From an uncultured Candidatus Binatia bacterium (GTDB lineage: Bacteria > Desulfobacterota > Binatia > Bin18): a DNA stretch of 64,000 nt. The DNA is taken from assembly GCA_965243855.1 (NCBI GenBank), contig CBDEWE010000003.1:3206288-3270287 (forward strand). The letters run 5' to 3'. Position numbers and translations under genes: made by a program. The notes beneath the pieces are model-generated. The model was not told the origin of the DNA, ran no database searches, and saw nothing but the letters and a program-made list of their open reading frames with translations. Positions 1 through 10,657 of this stretch are shown here, one piece after another (the stretch's first letter is position 1; each line of letters opens with the position of its first letter).

Positions 1-1484
1 GCTTCGGCGGCTATATGCAGGACTGGAGCATCGCCTTTGGCCTGCGTGGAGAGTTGGAAAGCGAGTACGCGCTGCTGAACGGCTGGTTCTATGACGCCAG
101 CGCCAGCTTCGGCCAACATAGCGCGGACTTCTTCATGCACAACACCATTAACCCACAGCTCGCAGCCAGGCGCACGAATATTCCGACATCGTACCGACCC
201 GGCGGCTACCGCGAGTTCGACAAGGTGTTCAACTTCGATATCTCCCGGCCATTTGACGTGGGCCTGTTCTACTCCCCGCTCAACATCGCCTTTGGGCTGG
301 AATACCGTGAAGAGGAGTTCGAGGTCAAATCTGGAGAGAAGAATTCCTGGCATGTTGACGATAATCTTGCCCGCCAGGGGTTCGGTATCGGCTCCAACGG
401 TTTTCCGGGCTTCAGGCCGGATATCGCCGGCACATTCAACCGGGGCAGTTATGCGGGCTATCTTGACCTGGAAGCTGAGGTGCTCAAGGATGTGCTCCTC
501 GGTATAGCCGGGCGGTATGAGGATTTTGAACGGGTGGGCGACACGCTGAACGGCAAGGCATCGGTTCGCTGGCAAGCGCTGGACGCGGACCTGGTCCGGG
601 CAGCTCTGCGCGGTTCGGTCAGCTCCGGGTTCCGCGCCCCGACCGTGGGGCAAGCCAACGTCCGCAACGTCTCAACCTCGTTCGCCGGAGGTATGCTGTC
701 GGATCAGGCCACCCTGCCTCCGGACCATCCAATATCGGCCCTCAAGGGTGGCAAGAAGCTGGAGCCGGAAAAGTCCGTCAACTACTCCGTGGGCACAGTC
801 TTCAGCGTGGGTAAGCTTGACGTGACCGTCGACTATTTCCGGATCAAGGTGCAGGGGCGTATCCAACAGGGAAGCCCACAATCATTAACCGATTCTGATA
901 TAGCGGCGCTGTTGGCCCAGGGCGTTCAAGACGCAAGCAGTTACTCGTCCGTGGTGTTCTTCTCCAATGCCTTGGACACCACTACGCAAGGTGTCGACGT
1001 GGTGGCGAGCTACCCACTCCAGACCTTTGCCGGCCACACCCAGTTCACACTTGTGGGAAATTGGACCGACACCAAGATCGACAGCTTCGACTCTGACGTC
1101 ATCGTTAGCGGTGAACGGTTCATGCTTCGTAATAACCTGCCGGAGTTCCGTTTCACGCTGACCGCCGACCACACCTGGGGGCCGTGGCGGCTCCTGGTCC
1201 GGCAGCATTACTTCGACGGGTTTTGGGACGACCAGTTGAATACCAATCTTGCATTAGCCAGTAAATCCAGTGAACGCTGGCTCACGGACGCGGAACTCTC
1301 GTACACGTTTATGAACCTGCCGTTCATGCAGGCGGCGACGGTCGCGTTTGGCGCGGAAAATCTGTTCGATCAGTATCCGGCTAGAAGTCCGTATGCACGG
1401 GTAGTCGGCTATAAATACCCGCCCTCCTCGCCGTACGGTTTCAACGGCGGCTTCTACTATCTGCGAGCCAGGTTTGAGTTCTAA
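1..1484 (+). CDS. TonB-dependent receptor, C-terminal part (5' end cut by window edge); paralog of the next three genes
   Basis: ORF 15..1484 continues open to base 1; aligns with C-terminal ~490 aa of the downstream 858-866 aa paralogs; ends ...YYLRARFEF with terminal Phe typical of TBDR beta-barrels. Confidence 0.8.
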   Translation, partial: FGGYMQDWSIAFGLRGELESEYALLNGWFYDASASFGQHSADFFMHNTINPQLAARRTNIPTSYRPGGYREFDKVFNFDISRPFDVGLFYSPLNIAFGLEYREEEFEVKSGEKNSWHVDDNLARQGFGIGSNGFPGFRPDIAGTFNRGSYAGYLDLEAEVLKDVLLGIAGRYEDFERVGDTLNGKASVRWQALDADLVRAALRGSVSSGFRAPTVGQANVRNVSTSFAGGMLSDQATLPPDHPISALKGGKKLEPEKSVNYSVGTVFSVGKLDVTVDYFRIKVQGRIQQGSPQSLTDSDIAALLAQGVQDASSYSSVVFFSNALDTTTQGVDVVASYPLQTFAGHTQFTLVGNWTDTKIDSFDSDVIVSGERFMLRNNLPEFRFTLTADHTWGPWRLLVRQHYFDGFWDDQLNTNLALASKSSERWLTDAELSYTFMNLPFMQAATVAFGAENLFDQYPARSPYARVVGYKYPPSSPYGFNGGFYYLRARFEF

Positions 1485-1512
1485 GCACAGTTTGACAAAC
1501 ATGGCTACAAAA

Positions 1513-1549
1513 AGAGGGATGGGTTCATACCCGTCTCTCTTTTCCTTTT
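1513..1549 (+). terminator. rho-independent terminator-like hairpin after TBDR1
   Basis: AGAGGGATGGGT-tcat-ACCCGTCTCTCT stem followed by TTTTCCTTTT. Confidence 0.45.
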
Positions 1550-1615
1550 GTCTGATTTCTATCGTCCCCTCAAAACGGTAATGGTGTTGTAGCGAGAATC
1601 CGTTATCAAAAAGAG

Positions 1616-4192
1616 ATGAAGAAATCGAGAACGTGGACATACGGCCTGCTGATCGCTCTGCTCCTTAGCCTGGGAGTCGCGCCGGTCGGAGCCCAGGACG
1701 CGGAACCCCCATTGGAGGCACGGCAAGAACAGGAGGGAATTGTCGAACTGGAAGGCGTCAGGGTGCTGGGCTCCCGTCATGCAGCGCGTTCAGCCCGGGA
1801 CTCGCTGGTGCCGGTAGACGTGATCCAGAGAGAAGACTTGCAGACCTACGGCATCCGGGACATGGACACGCTGCTGTCGGCCACTGTGCCGTCCTACAAC
1901 GTCAACCGGCGTGCCGGCGATGCCGCCGCACTGGTTCGTCCGGCCAATATGCGTGGCCTGCCGCCCGACTCCACCCTGGTGCTGGTCAACGGCAAACGCC
2001 GGCATCGCGCCGCGGTGATTACCTTCCTGGGCAACGGCATTTCGGACGGCGCGCAGGGGGCTGATATTTCGGTGATTCCGGCCATTGCGCTCAAGCGGCT
2101 GGAAGTGTTGCGCGACGGTGCTTCGTCCCAGTACGGCTCCGACGCCATTGCCGGAGCGTTGAATTTCGTGCTGCGCGACGACCCCGAGGGGGCCATGCTG
2201 GAAACGCGCTGGGGTCAGAACTACCAGGGCGACGGCGACAAGGTAAGTGTTGCCGGCAACCTCGGCCTACCGTTGACCGCGGCCGGCTTTGCCAACTTCA
2301 GCTTCGAGTTCATGAACGTCGACGAGACCAGCCGCAGTGTGCAGCGCAGCGATGCGCTGGAGCTGATTGCCGCCGGCAACGACCACGTTCGTCAGCCGGC
2401 GCAATTTTTCGGCACACCCGCCGTGCAGTATAATTACAAATTCTTTGGCAACCTGGGCCTGGACCTGACCGACAGGCATAGCCTGTATGCGTTTGGCAAC
2501 TATGCCGAACGTAAGGCCGAAGGCCACTTCTTTTTCCGCAATCCCAATACCCGGAGCGGGGTGTTCCGGGGCGACCCGCTTGAAGACGGTACGCCGACGA
2601 TCCGGGTGGCCGACCTGTCCGACAATCTCAAAGGCTGTCCGGTAGTACCAGCCAATCCGGCCGCAGACTATACCAATGTGAATCTGCCGGCCCACTGCTT
2701 TATTTTCAACGAACGCTTTCCGGGCGGTTTTGCGCCGCGGTTCGGTGGCTCTATGCAGGACTGGAGCGTCACCTTCGGCCTGCGCGGGGAACTGTCCGAC
2801 ATGCTGGACGGCTGGCACTACGACATGAGCGCCAGCTTCGGTCGAAACAGCATTGATTTCTTCATGCATAACACCATCAACCCCCAACTCGCCCATATGC
2901 AGACCGCCATTCCGACCTCGTACAAACCCGGCAGCTATAGCGAGTTCGACAAAGTGTTCAATTTCGACATCTCCAGGCCGTTCGACCTGGGCCTCTTTTA
3001 TTCCGCGTTAAACCTCGCCTTTGGGCTGGAGTACCGCGAAGAAGAATTTTCAGCAAACGCAGGTGAGCCGAACTCCTGGAAAATCGAAGAAAGCCTCGCC
3101 CGCCAGGGTTTTGGTATCGGCTCCAACGGCTTTCCCGGCCTCAGCCCCACGCATGCCGGTACGTTCAATCGGGGCAGTTATGCCGGCTATCTGGACCTGG
3201 AAGCCGAGGTGATCAAAAACCTGACCATCGGCCTCGCCGGACGGTATGAGGCGTATGAAGGCATAGCGGATACCCTGGACGGCAAGGTCTCCGCCCGCTG
3301 GCAATTCCTGGCCGATATGGCCGTACGCGGCTCGGTCGGTTCCGGCTTTCGCGCCCCGACTGTGGGCCAAGCGAACGTTCGCAATGTGACAACATCGCTC
3401 ATAAACGGCAGGCTGGCGGACGAAGCCACCCTCTCTCCCACCGACCCGATTGCGCGCCAGAAGGGCGGCAAGGAGTTGGAGCCGGAAAAATCGGTCAACT
3501 ATTCCGTCGGCACGGTCTTCAGCCTGGGTAAGCTGGATGTCACCCTCGACTATTACCGCATCAAGATGCAGGATCGCATCGGGCTGACGAAGACGCTGAC
3601 CCTAACCGGGTCGGATATAGCGTCACTCCTGGCCCAAGGAGTCGTGGACGCGAGCAGTTTTACCGGGGTACGGTATTTTACCAACGACTTTGATACCACC
3701 ACACAAGGTGTCGATCTCGTGGCGACCTACCCGCTGGAGACGTTCGCCGGCAGTACGCTATTCACCTTTGTGGGCAACTGGAACAACACCAAGGTTGACA
3801 GCCGCAATCCAGCCATCATCGACGATGGGCGAGTACGGCAGCTTGAAGACAATCTGCCGGAGTTTCGTTTCTCACTCACGAGTGACCACACCTACGGGCC
3901 GTGGCGGCTCCTGACCCGGCTGCATTTCTACGATAGTTTTTATGCGGCCTATCTAAGAGACTTGCCCATAGAGGCGGGTGAACGCTGGCTCATGGACGCG
4001 GAACTCTCGTACACGTTTATGAACCTGCCGTTCATGGGAGTGCTGACCCTCGCGTTCGGCGCCGAGAACCTATTCGATCAGTACCCGGCCAGAAATCCGT
4101 ATGCACGTCTCGCCGGCGCCAAATACCCAGCCTCGTCACCCTACGGCTTCAACGGCGGCTTCTACTACCTACGGGCTGGCTTCGAGTTTTAA
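1616..4192 (+). CDS. TonB-dependent receptor (858 aa)
   Basis: Signal peptide; TonB-box-like LEGVRVLGSR; plug motif RLEVLRDGASSQYGSDAIAGALNF; C-terminal ...YYLRAGFEF; RBS upstream. Confidence 0.85.
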   Translation: MKKSRTWTYGLLIALLLSLGVAPVGAQDAEPPLEARQEQEGIVELEGVRVLGSRHAARSARDSLVPVDVIQREDLQTYGIRDMDTLLSATVPSYNVNRRAGDAAALVRPANMRGLPPDSTLVLVNGKRRHRAAVITFLGNGISDGAQGADISVIPAIALKRLEVLRDGASSQYGSDAIAGALNFVLRDDPEGAMLETRWGQNYQGDGDKVSVAGNLGLPLTAAGFANFSFEFMNVDETSRSVQRSDALELIAAGNDHVRQPAQFFGTPAVQYNYKFFGNLGLDLTDRHSLYAFGNYAERKAEGHFFFRNPNTRSGVFRGDPLEDGTPTIRVADLSDNLKGCPVVPANPAADYTNVNLPAHCFIFNERFPGGFAPRFGGSMQDWSVTFGLRGELSDMLDGWHYDMSASFGRNSIDFFMHNTINPQLAHMQTAIPTSYKPGSYSEFDKVFNFDISRPFDLGLFYSALNLAFGLEYREEEFSANAGEPNSWKIEESLARQGFGIGSNGFPGLSPTHAGTFNRGSYAGYLDLEAEVIKNLTIGLAGRYEAYEGIADTLDGKVSARWQFLADMAVRGSVGSGFRAPTVGQANVRNVTTSLINGRLADEATLSPTDPIARQKGGKELEPEKSVNYSVGTVFSLGKLDVTLDYYRIKMQDRIGLTKTLTLTGSDIASLLAQGVVDASSFTGVRYFTNDFDTTTQGVDLVATYPLETFAGSTLFTFVGNWNNTKVDSRNPAIIDDGRVRQLEDNLPEFRFSLTSDHTYGPWRLLTRLHFYDSFYAAYLRDLPIEAGERWLMDAELSYTFMNLPFMGVLTLAFGAENLFDQYPARNPYARLAGAKYPASSPYGFNGGFYYLRAGFEF

Positions 4193-4280
4193 GCGGAGGA
4201 GCAGGTATTTTTCTGGCAAAAGAAACAGGAGTCTGTCAGGGCAGATGGATTGATTCAAACGCACTGGAGGGAGAGAGAAA

Positions 4281-6881
4281 ATGAAGACCAAACGATGGCA
4301 ATGTGGGGTGGTAGTGGGACTTTTGGTCGTAACGGGTGCGCTGACAGTCTCGGCCCAAGAGACGAGCCAGCCAGAGCCGGCCGCCACCCAAGACACCGAA
4401 CAACAGGAGTCTGTCGTGGGGCTTGAGTCCCTCAAGGTGATCGGCTCCCGCGTGGCGGGCCGCTCGGCCCAGGACTCCGTAGTGCCAGTGGACATTATTC
4501 AAGGCGAAGACTTACAGACCTACGGCATCCGGGACATGGACTCGCTGCTGTCCGCCAGCGTGCCGTCCTATAACGTCAACCAGCAGCCCATCAGCGACGC
4601 CGCTACCCTGATTCGCCCAGCCAACCTGCGCGGATTACCGCCCGACTCCACCCTGGTGCTGGTCAACGGCAAACGCCGCCACCGCGCCTCGGTCATCCCC
4701 GAATTTGGAGGCATTTCGAACGGGTCGCATGGGGCCGATATCTCCGCTATCCCCACCATTGCGTTGGATCGGGTGGAAGTCCTGCGCGACGGCGCCGCCG
4801 CCCAGTACGGCTCGGATGCCATCGCGGGGATTCTGAACTTCCGGCTGCGTGAAGACCGGGAGGGCCTGACCGTGCAGACCAGCTACGGCCAGAACTATCA
4901 CGGTGACGGCGACAGGGTGAATGTGGCTGCCAACCTTGGACTGCCATTAACCGACAACGGCTTTGCCAACTTCAGCTTTGAATTCACCAACGCGGACGAG
5001 ACCAGCCGGAGTGCGCAGCGCGCCGATGCCCGGGGCTTGATTGAAGCCGGTAACGAGCATGTACGCCGGCCGGCGACCCAGATTTGGGGAGCGCCGGAGG
5101 TGCAGTACGACTATAAGTTTTTCGGCAACCTGGGGTTAGACCTGGAGGAGATCAACAGCCGTGCATATGCGTTTGGCAACTACGCGGAGCGTCGGGTGGA
5201 GGGCGGCTTCTTCTTTCGTAATCCCAACACCCGCGGCGGAATCTTCGATGGTGGCGAGAATCTCTTGGTCGCCGACCTGTCAGACGACCGTCGTGGCTGT
5301 CCTCCAATTGCGAAGAACCCCACGGCCGATTATGTCGCGGCATTGGCGGGCTTGCCCGACCACTGCTTCGCCTTTAACGAGCGGTTTCCGGGCGGGTTTA
5401 CGCCGCGTTACGGTGGAGTCGTCGAGGACTGGAGCATCACCTTTGGCCTGCGCGGGGAGGTTGAGAGCGCGTCGGCACTGCTCAATGGCTGGTTCTATGA
5501 TGCCAGCGCCAGCTTCGGTCACAACAGCGTGGACTTCTTCATGCATAACACCATCAACCCCCAACTCGCGGCCATGCGCACGAATATCCCGACCTCGTAC
5601 AAACCCGGCGGTTACCGGGAGTTTGACAAAGTGTTTAACCTGGACATCTCTCGGCCGTTCGATGTGGGGCTGTTCCATTCGGCATTGAATTTCGCCTTCG
5701 GGCTGGAGTACCGCGAGGAAGAGTTCGAGATTAAATCCGGCGGAGAAAATTCCTGGTATGTTGACAACAGCCCCGGCGGCCTAGCGGCTCAGGGCTTCGG
5801 CATCGGCTCCAACGGGTTTCAAGGCTTCGGGCCGGATATCGCCGGTACGTTCAATCGGGGCAGTTATGCCGGTTATCTAGACCTGGAAGCCGAGGTGATC
5901 AAAAACGTGACCCTCGGCGTCGCCGGGCGGTATGAGGCGTATGAAGGGATAGCGGATACCCTGGACGGCAAGGTCTCCGCCCGCTGGCAGTTGGTGGAAG
6001 CTCTTGCCGTGCGCGGTTCGATCAGCTCGGGCTTTCGCGCCCCGACCGTAGGACAGACCAACTACCGCAAGACCTCGACCTCATTAGAGGGAAACCGGCT
6101 GGTGGACAACGCGATCCTGCCGCCGGACCATCCGGCGGCAGTCCTGAAAGGCGGCAAGCAACTGGAGCCGGAAAAGTCGATCAATTATTCCGTGGGTACG
6201 GTCTTCAGCCTGGGCGACCTCGACGTGACCGTCGACTACTACCGCATCAAGGTGCAGGGCCGCCTCGCCTTGACGAGCAATCTCAAGCTGACGCAGGCGG
6301 ATATCGACACATTACTGGCCCAGGGTATTTCAGACGCGCGCAGCTTCGCGGGGGTGAACTTCTTCACCAATGATTTCGACACCACCACCCAAGGCGTCGA
6401 TGTCGTGGCAACCTATCCGCTCCACACTTTCGCCGGTCAGACCCTACTGACCTTCGTGGGCAACTGGACCGACACCCAGGTGGATAGCTTTAACCCGGAT
6501 ATCATCAATTCCAGGCGACGGCGACAGTATGAAGACGCCCTGCCGGAGTTTCGCTTCTCCCTCACGGCTGACCACACCTGGGGGCCGTGGCGATTTCTGA
6601 CCCGACTGCATTACTACGACGGCTTTTTCGAGGATATCGTTGAGGCTGGCTTGACCTCCATAAACGGGGAGCGCTGGCTCACCGATATGGAACTCTCCTA
6701 CACCTTCAGGAACCTGCCGTTCATGCAGATGGCGACCTTTGCCCTCGGCGCGGAAAACCTGTTCGACCAGTATCCGCGCAGGAGTCGCTGGGCACCTGTG
6801 CTCGGTAATAAATATCCACCCAACTCACCCTACGGCTTCAACGGCGGCTTCTACTATCTCCGAGCCAGCTTTGAGTTCTAG
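4281..6881 (+). CDS. TonB-dependent receptor (866 aa), paralog
   Basis: Same architecture (signal peptide, LESLKVIGSR, plug motif RVEVLRDGAAAQYGSDAIAGILNF, terminal Phe); RBS GGAGGGAG. Confidence 0.85.
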   Translation: MKTKRWQCGVVVGLLVVTGALTVSAQETSQPEPAATQDTEQQESVVGLESLKVIGSRVAGRSAQDSVVPVDIIQGEDLQTYGIRDMDSLLSASVPSYNVNQQPISDAATLIRPANLRGLPPDSTLVLVNGKRRHRASVIPEFGGISNGSHGADISAIPTIALDRVEVLRDGAAAQYGSDAIAGILNFRLREDREGLTVQTSYGQNYHGDGDRVNVAANLGLPLTDNGFANFSFEFTNADETSRSAQRADARGLIEAGNEHVRRPATQIWGAPEVQYDYKFFGNLGLDLEEINSRAYAFGNYAERRVEGGFFFRNPNTRGGIFDGGENLLVADLSDDRRGCPPIAKNPTADYVAALAGLPDHCFAFNERFPGGFTPRYGGVVEDWSITFGLRGEVESASALLNGWFYDASASFGHNSVDFFMHNTINPQLAAMRTNIPTSYKPGGYREFDKVFNLDISRPFDVGLFHSALNFAFGLEYREEEFEIKSGGENSWYVDNSPGGLAAQGFGIGSNGFQGFGPDIAGTFNRGSYAGYLDLEAEVIKNVTLGVAGRYEAYEGIADTLDGKVSARWQLVEALAVRGSISSGFRAPTVGQTNYRKTSTSLEGNRLVDNAILPPDHPAAVLKGGKQLEPEKSINYSVGTVFSLGDLDVTVDYYRIKVQGRLALTSNLKLTQADIDTLLAQGISDARSFAGVNFFTNDFDTTTQGVDVVATYPLHTFAGQTLLTFVGNWTDTQVDSFNPDIINSRRRRQYEDALPEFRFSLTADHTWGPWRFLTRLHYYDGFFEDIVEAGLTSINGERWLTDMELSYTFRNLPFMQMATFALGAENLFDQYPRRSRWAPVLGNKYPPNSPYGFNGGFYYLRASFEF

Positions 6882-6892
6882 CGGAGAAAAGG

Positions 6893-9469
6893 ATGAAAAC
6901 CATACGGTGGCCCTGCTGGGGAACAGCGGCGCTCTTCATCCTGCTGGGAGCAGTGACGGCCAGACCGCAGGAAGTGGAATCGCCCGCGGAGGTCGTCGGG
7001 CTTGACACCTTGCAGGTTGTGGGGTCGCGTCTGGACAGGCGTTCGGCCCAAGACTCGCCAGTGCCGGTGGACATCATTCAGGGGGAGGACTTACAGACCT
7101 ATGGCATCCGGGACATGGACGCCCTGCTGTCCGCCACCGTCCCGTCCTATAACGTCAACCAGCATCCCATCGGCGGGGACGCCACCTTTGTACGACCGGC
7201 TAATCTGCGCGGAATGCCGCCCGACTCCACACTGGTGCTCATCAACGGCAAACGCCGCCACCGCTCTGCCGTTATTGCCTTCTCCGCGGACGGCAGCAAT
7301 CGCGGGACGCAGGGCGCCGACCTGTCTGTCATCCCGGCCATCGCACTGGAGCGGGTCGAAGTCCTGCGCGATGGGGCCGCGGCCCAGTACGGCTCGGACG
7401 CCATCGCCGGTATCCTGAACTTCAAGCTGAAGGAGGCGTCCGATGGCCTGTCGCTCCACACCAGTTGGGGCCAGACCTACCACGGTGACGGCGACAAGGT
7501 GAATGTCGCCGCCAACCTGGGTCTGCCGCTGACCGACAACGGTTTTGCCAACTTCAGCTTCGAGTTTCTGAACGCCGACGAAACCAGCCGCAGTATACAG
7601 CGCGACGACGCGCGGGGGCTGATCGAAGCCGGCAATATGCATGTGCGCCGACCCGCGGCCCAGATCTGGGGGGCGCCCGAAATCCAGTTCGACTACAAGT
7701 TCTTCGGCAACCTCGGCCTGGACCTGGAGGCGCTCGACGCCCAGCTGTACGCCTTTGGCAACTACGCCGAGCGTAAGGTGGAGGGCGGCTTCTTTTTCCG
7801 TAACCCCAACACGCGCGGCGGGATATTCAGGGGCGACCCGCTCGGAGACGGCACGCCCACCGTCCGGGTGGCCGACCTGTCCGGCACTGGCCTCGGCTGT
7901 CCCGCCGTGCCTGCCAACCCGGCGGCCGACTACACCGGCGTGAATCTGCCCGAGCACTGCTTCCTCTTCAACGAGCGCTTTCCCGGCGGTTTCACACCTC
8001 GTTTTGGCGGCTACCTCCAGGACTGGAGCATCGCCTTTGGCCTGCGCGGGGAATTGGAAGGCGCATACGGCTTGCTGAACGGTTGGTCATACGACGCCAG
8101 CGCCAGCTTCGGCTACAACAGTATTGATTTCTTCATCCACAACACCATCAACCCGCAGCTGGCCGCCATGCGCACCGCTATTCCCACGAAATACCGACCC
8201 GGTGGAAACGCGCAGTTTGAGCGGACGTTCAACCTGGATATTGCCAGACCCCTGGATATCGGCCTCTTCCACTCTCCACTGAACGTGGCCTTCGGATTTG
8301 AGTATCACATGGAGGAGTTCGAACAGAAAGTTGGGGAAGCGCAGTCCTGGTTCATCGATGAAAACCTGAGAAATCAGGGTTTTACCATTGGCTCCAACGG
8401 GTTTTCGGGCTACCCGCCGCAGTCGGCCGGCGTGTTCGAACGCAACAACTATGCGCTGTATCTGGACCTGGAAGCTGAAGTCATACAGTCCCTCAGCCTC
8501 GGCCTGGCCGGGCGATATGAAAACTTCGACAGTGCCATAGGAGAGTCGCTGAACGGCAAGGGGTCGGTCCGCTGGCAACTGCTGGACGCTCTGGCCCTGC
8601 GCGGTTCGGTCGGTTCGGGCTTCCGCGCCCCAACACCGGGACAGGCGAACATCCGGAAAATCAACTCGCAGTTTACCACCGCAGGCCTAGTCGACCAAGG
8701 CATTTTCCCCTCGCATCACCCGGTCTCGGCCTTCTTCGGAGGCAGGCCGCTGGAGTCGGAAAAATCGGTCAACTATTCCGTCGGCAGCGTGTTCAACTCG
8801 GGTGACTTCAGTCTGACCGTCGACTATTATCGGATCAAAATTCAGGATCGCATCGGACTGACGCAGGATTTCAGAGTCCCGGACGAGCAGCGGGCGGCCT
8901 TCAACCGCCTCGCTCCCGACGCGAGTACCCTCACCTCGGTGCGCTACTTCACCAATGCATTTGACACGACCGCGCAAGGGGTCGATATCGTGGCGACCTA
9001 TCCGCTGGCAACGCGGGTCGGTGACACCATGTTGACCTTTGCCGGCAACTGGAACCGGCTGAGGCTCGACCGCTTCGACCCGCACGTCATCAATACCAAG
9101 CAGGTGCATCAGATAGAGGATGGCTTGCCGCAATTCCGGTTTTCGCTGACCGCGGATCACACCTACGGGCCGTGGCGCTTTCTGACCCGCGTGTATTTCT
9201 ACGACGAATTTTTTGAAGCCCACGCCAACACCGAAACGCGTTTCCTGACCGCCGGGGAGCGGTGGCTGATGGATGTCGAAGCCTCGTACACCCTGCTGAC
9301 GCTGCCCTTCACCCAGGCAGTGATTCTTGCAGTAGGCGCGGAAAACGTGTTCGACACCTACCCGCGCAGAAATCCGTACGCGCGCGATACGGGCGCGAAA
9401 TACCCGGAATCCTCACCCTACGGCTTTGGCGGCGGCTTCTACTACGTACGGGCTGGCTTTGAGTTTTAA
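6893..9469 (+). CDS. TonB-dependent receptor (858 aa), paralog
   Basis: Same architecture (LDTLQVVGSR, plug motif, ...YYVRAGFEF end); stop overlaps stop of convergent gene. Confidence 0.85.
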   Translation: MKTIRWPCWGTAALFILLGAVTARPQEVESPAEVVGLDTLQVVGSRLDRRSAQDSPVPVDIIQGEDLQTYGIRDMDALLSATVPSYNVNQHPIGGDATFVRPANLRGMPPDSTLVLINGKRRHRSAVIAFSADGSNRGTQGADLSVIPAIALERVEVLRDGAAAQYGSDAIAGILNFKLKEASDGLSLHTSWGQTYHGDGDKVNVAANLGLPLTDNGFANFSFEFLNADETSRSIQRDDARGLIEAGNMHVRRPAAQIWGAPEIQFDYKFFGNLGLDLEALDAQLYAFGNYAERKVEGGFFFRNPNTRGGIFRGDPLGDGTPTVRVADLSGTGLGCPAVPANPAADYTGVNLPEHCFLFNERFPGGFTPRFGGYLQDWSIAFGLRGELEGAYGLLNGWSYDASASFGYNSIDFFIHNTINPQLAAMRTAIPTKYRPGGNAQFERTFNLDIARPLDIGLFHSPLNVAFGFEYHMEEFEQKVGEAQSWFIDENLRNQGFTIGSNGFSGYPPQSAGVFERNNYALYLDLEAEVIQSLSLGLAGRYENFDSAIGESLNGKGSVRWQLLDALALRGSVGSGFRAPTPGQANIRKINSQFTTAGLVDQGIFPSHHPVSAFFGGRPLESEKSVNYSVGSVFNSGDFSLTVDYYRIKIQDRIGLTQDFRVPDEQRAAFNRLAPDASTLTSVRYFTNAFDTTAQGVDIVATYPLATRVGDTMLTFAGNWNRLRLDRFDPHVINTKQVHQIEDGLPQFRFSLTADHTYGPWRFLTRVYFYDEFFEAHANTETRFLTAGERWLMDVEASYTLLTLPFTQAVILAVGAENVFDTYPRRNPYARDTGAKYPESSPYGFGGGFYYVRAGFEF

Positions 9470-10512
9470 CCTGACCGACGGGTCGGCTGCGGATCAGGCC
9501 GGGGAGTTTTCTCCGGAAAAAGGGCGTAGCCGGCGCGGGCCAGGACGATCAGACCGACCGAGTTGTAGACGGCCTCGCGTGCGCGTTTGAGAAGCATGAG
9601 CGTCAGACCGGCGCTCTCCTCAATACCGAGCAGACGGCAAAGGAAGACTCCACCCGCTTCACGCACCCCCAACGCGCCCGGGATGATCAACGCCGCGGCT
9701 GTGACGGGTTGAATCATGGTTTCAATAATGAGGGCATCCATCCAACTGACCGGTGCGCCGATCAGAACCAAAAACACATAGACTTCCACCGCCCCAACCG
9801 CCCAGCCCAGAAAATGATACAGGCTGGCCGCAATGAAATCCTTGGCGTCTCCGTCATACAAATGAAAGAGATGCGTATCGATGTGCTTGGCCCGTTCCTG
9901 CCAGTATGCCAGGCGGCTCCAGCCGGGAAATCGACGCCGTAGCCAGCCGACGCATTTTTCAACAAGACCCTGCTGCTGCCAGCGCACAATAACCATCACA
10001 AACCCGTACGCCATGACAAAAACGGCACCGAATATCCACCAGGCATGGTAGCCGATATCCAGGCGATACAGAAAAAACGGCAGGCCCAGCACGATAAAAG
10101 CAACCTGAGAGACGGTCAGGGCCGTCTTGGCAGCGACAACCGAGGCCGTACCAACATCGGAGGTCACGCCGTGTTGTCGCAGGAGATAGACCTTGACGGC
10201 CTCGCCACCGACATTCGCCGTTGGGGTCAGATTATTGATGGCCTCCCCAGCCAGTCGGGTGAGCGAAAGCTGAAGCAGGGAGAGCTGCCTGGCGGCCACC
10301 GAGCCGCCCATGGTATAGCCCCAGCCCTTGGCGTCAAACAGCGCCACAAAGCTCTGCGGGATCAAGATCAGGGGGGCGAGCCAGCCAATGTGGTAGAGAT
10401 GCTGGGCGACCTCAGCAATACCGACCTTCCAGAAAAGAATCCCCAGCAAACTGAGGCCGAGCAGAGCGGCGCCAAGCTGGAGGACCCGGCTCTTTTTCTG
10501 CGCGGCGGTCAT
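9466..10512 (-). CDS. lysylphosphatidylglycerol synthase TM-region-like / flippase-like membrane protein
   Basis: 348 aa, multiple TM helices, N-terminal MTAAQKKSRVLQLGAALLGLSLLGILFWKVG typical of the UPF0104/LPG-synthase TM family. Confidence 0.6.
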   Translation of the reverse strand: MTAAQKKSRVLQLGAALLGLSLLGILFWKVGIAEVAQHLYHIGWLAPLILIPQSFVALFDAKGWGYTMGGSVAARQLSLLQLSLTRLAGEAINNLTPTANVGGEAVKVYLLRQHGVTSDVGTASVVAAKTALTVSQVAFIVLGLPFFLYRLDIGYHAWWIFGAVFVMAYGFVMVIVRWQQQGLVEKCVGWLRRRFPGWSRLAYWQERAKHIDTHLFHLYDGDAKDFIAASLYHFLGWAVGAVEVYVFLVLIGAPVSWMDALIIETMIQPVTAAALIIPGALGVREAGGVFLCRLLGIEESAGLTLMLLKRAREAVYNSVGLIVLARAGYALFPEKTPRPDPQPTRRSG

Positions 10513-10535
10513 ACCTGGATTTCTCTAGGGAGCAA

Positions 10536-10587
10536 AAGAGTAAACGTGTCAACAGCTTTGTATCTATTGAAAGACACGTTTACTCTT
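10536..10587. repeat. palindromic element copy 1 (15-bp arms AAGAGTAAACGTGTC / GACACGTTTACTCTT, 22-bp spacer)
   Basis: Perfect inverted repeat 24 bp upstream of start of the 9466..10512 gene; same element recurs at 29109..29162 and 31398..31451. Confidence 0.8.
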
Positions 10588-10657
10588 TGCGGACGGGGGA
10601 AGGGCGGTACGGGCTGCAAGCAGTCGCTCTCTTGTCCGGGTGCGTGTCTTGGGTCTG

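Noticed and set aside
7091-7957. 288-aa minus-strand ORF inside TBDR gene 4 (and similar 2267..2896, 5280..5678)
   Set aside because: Antisense ORFs within well-supported TBDR coding sequence; low-complexity Gly/Arg/Ala-rich translations typical of GC-rich antisense frames.
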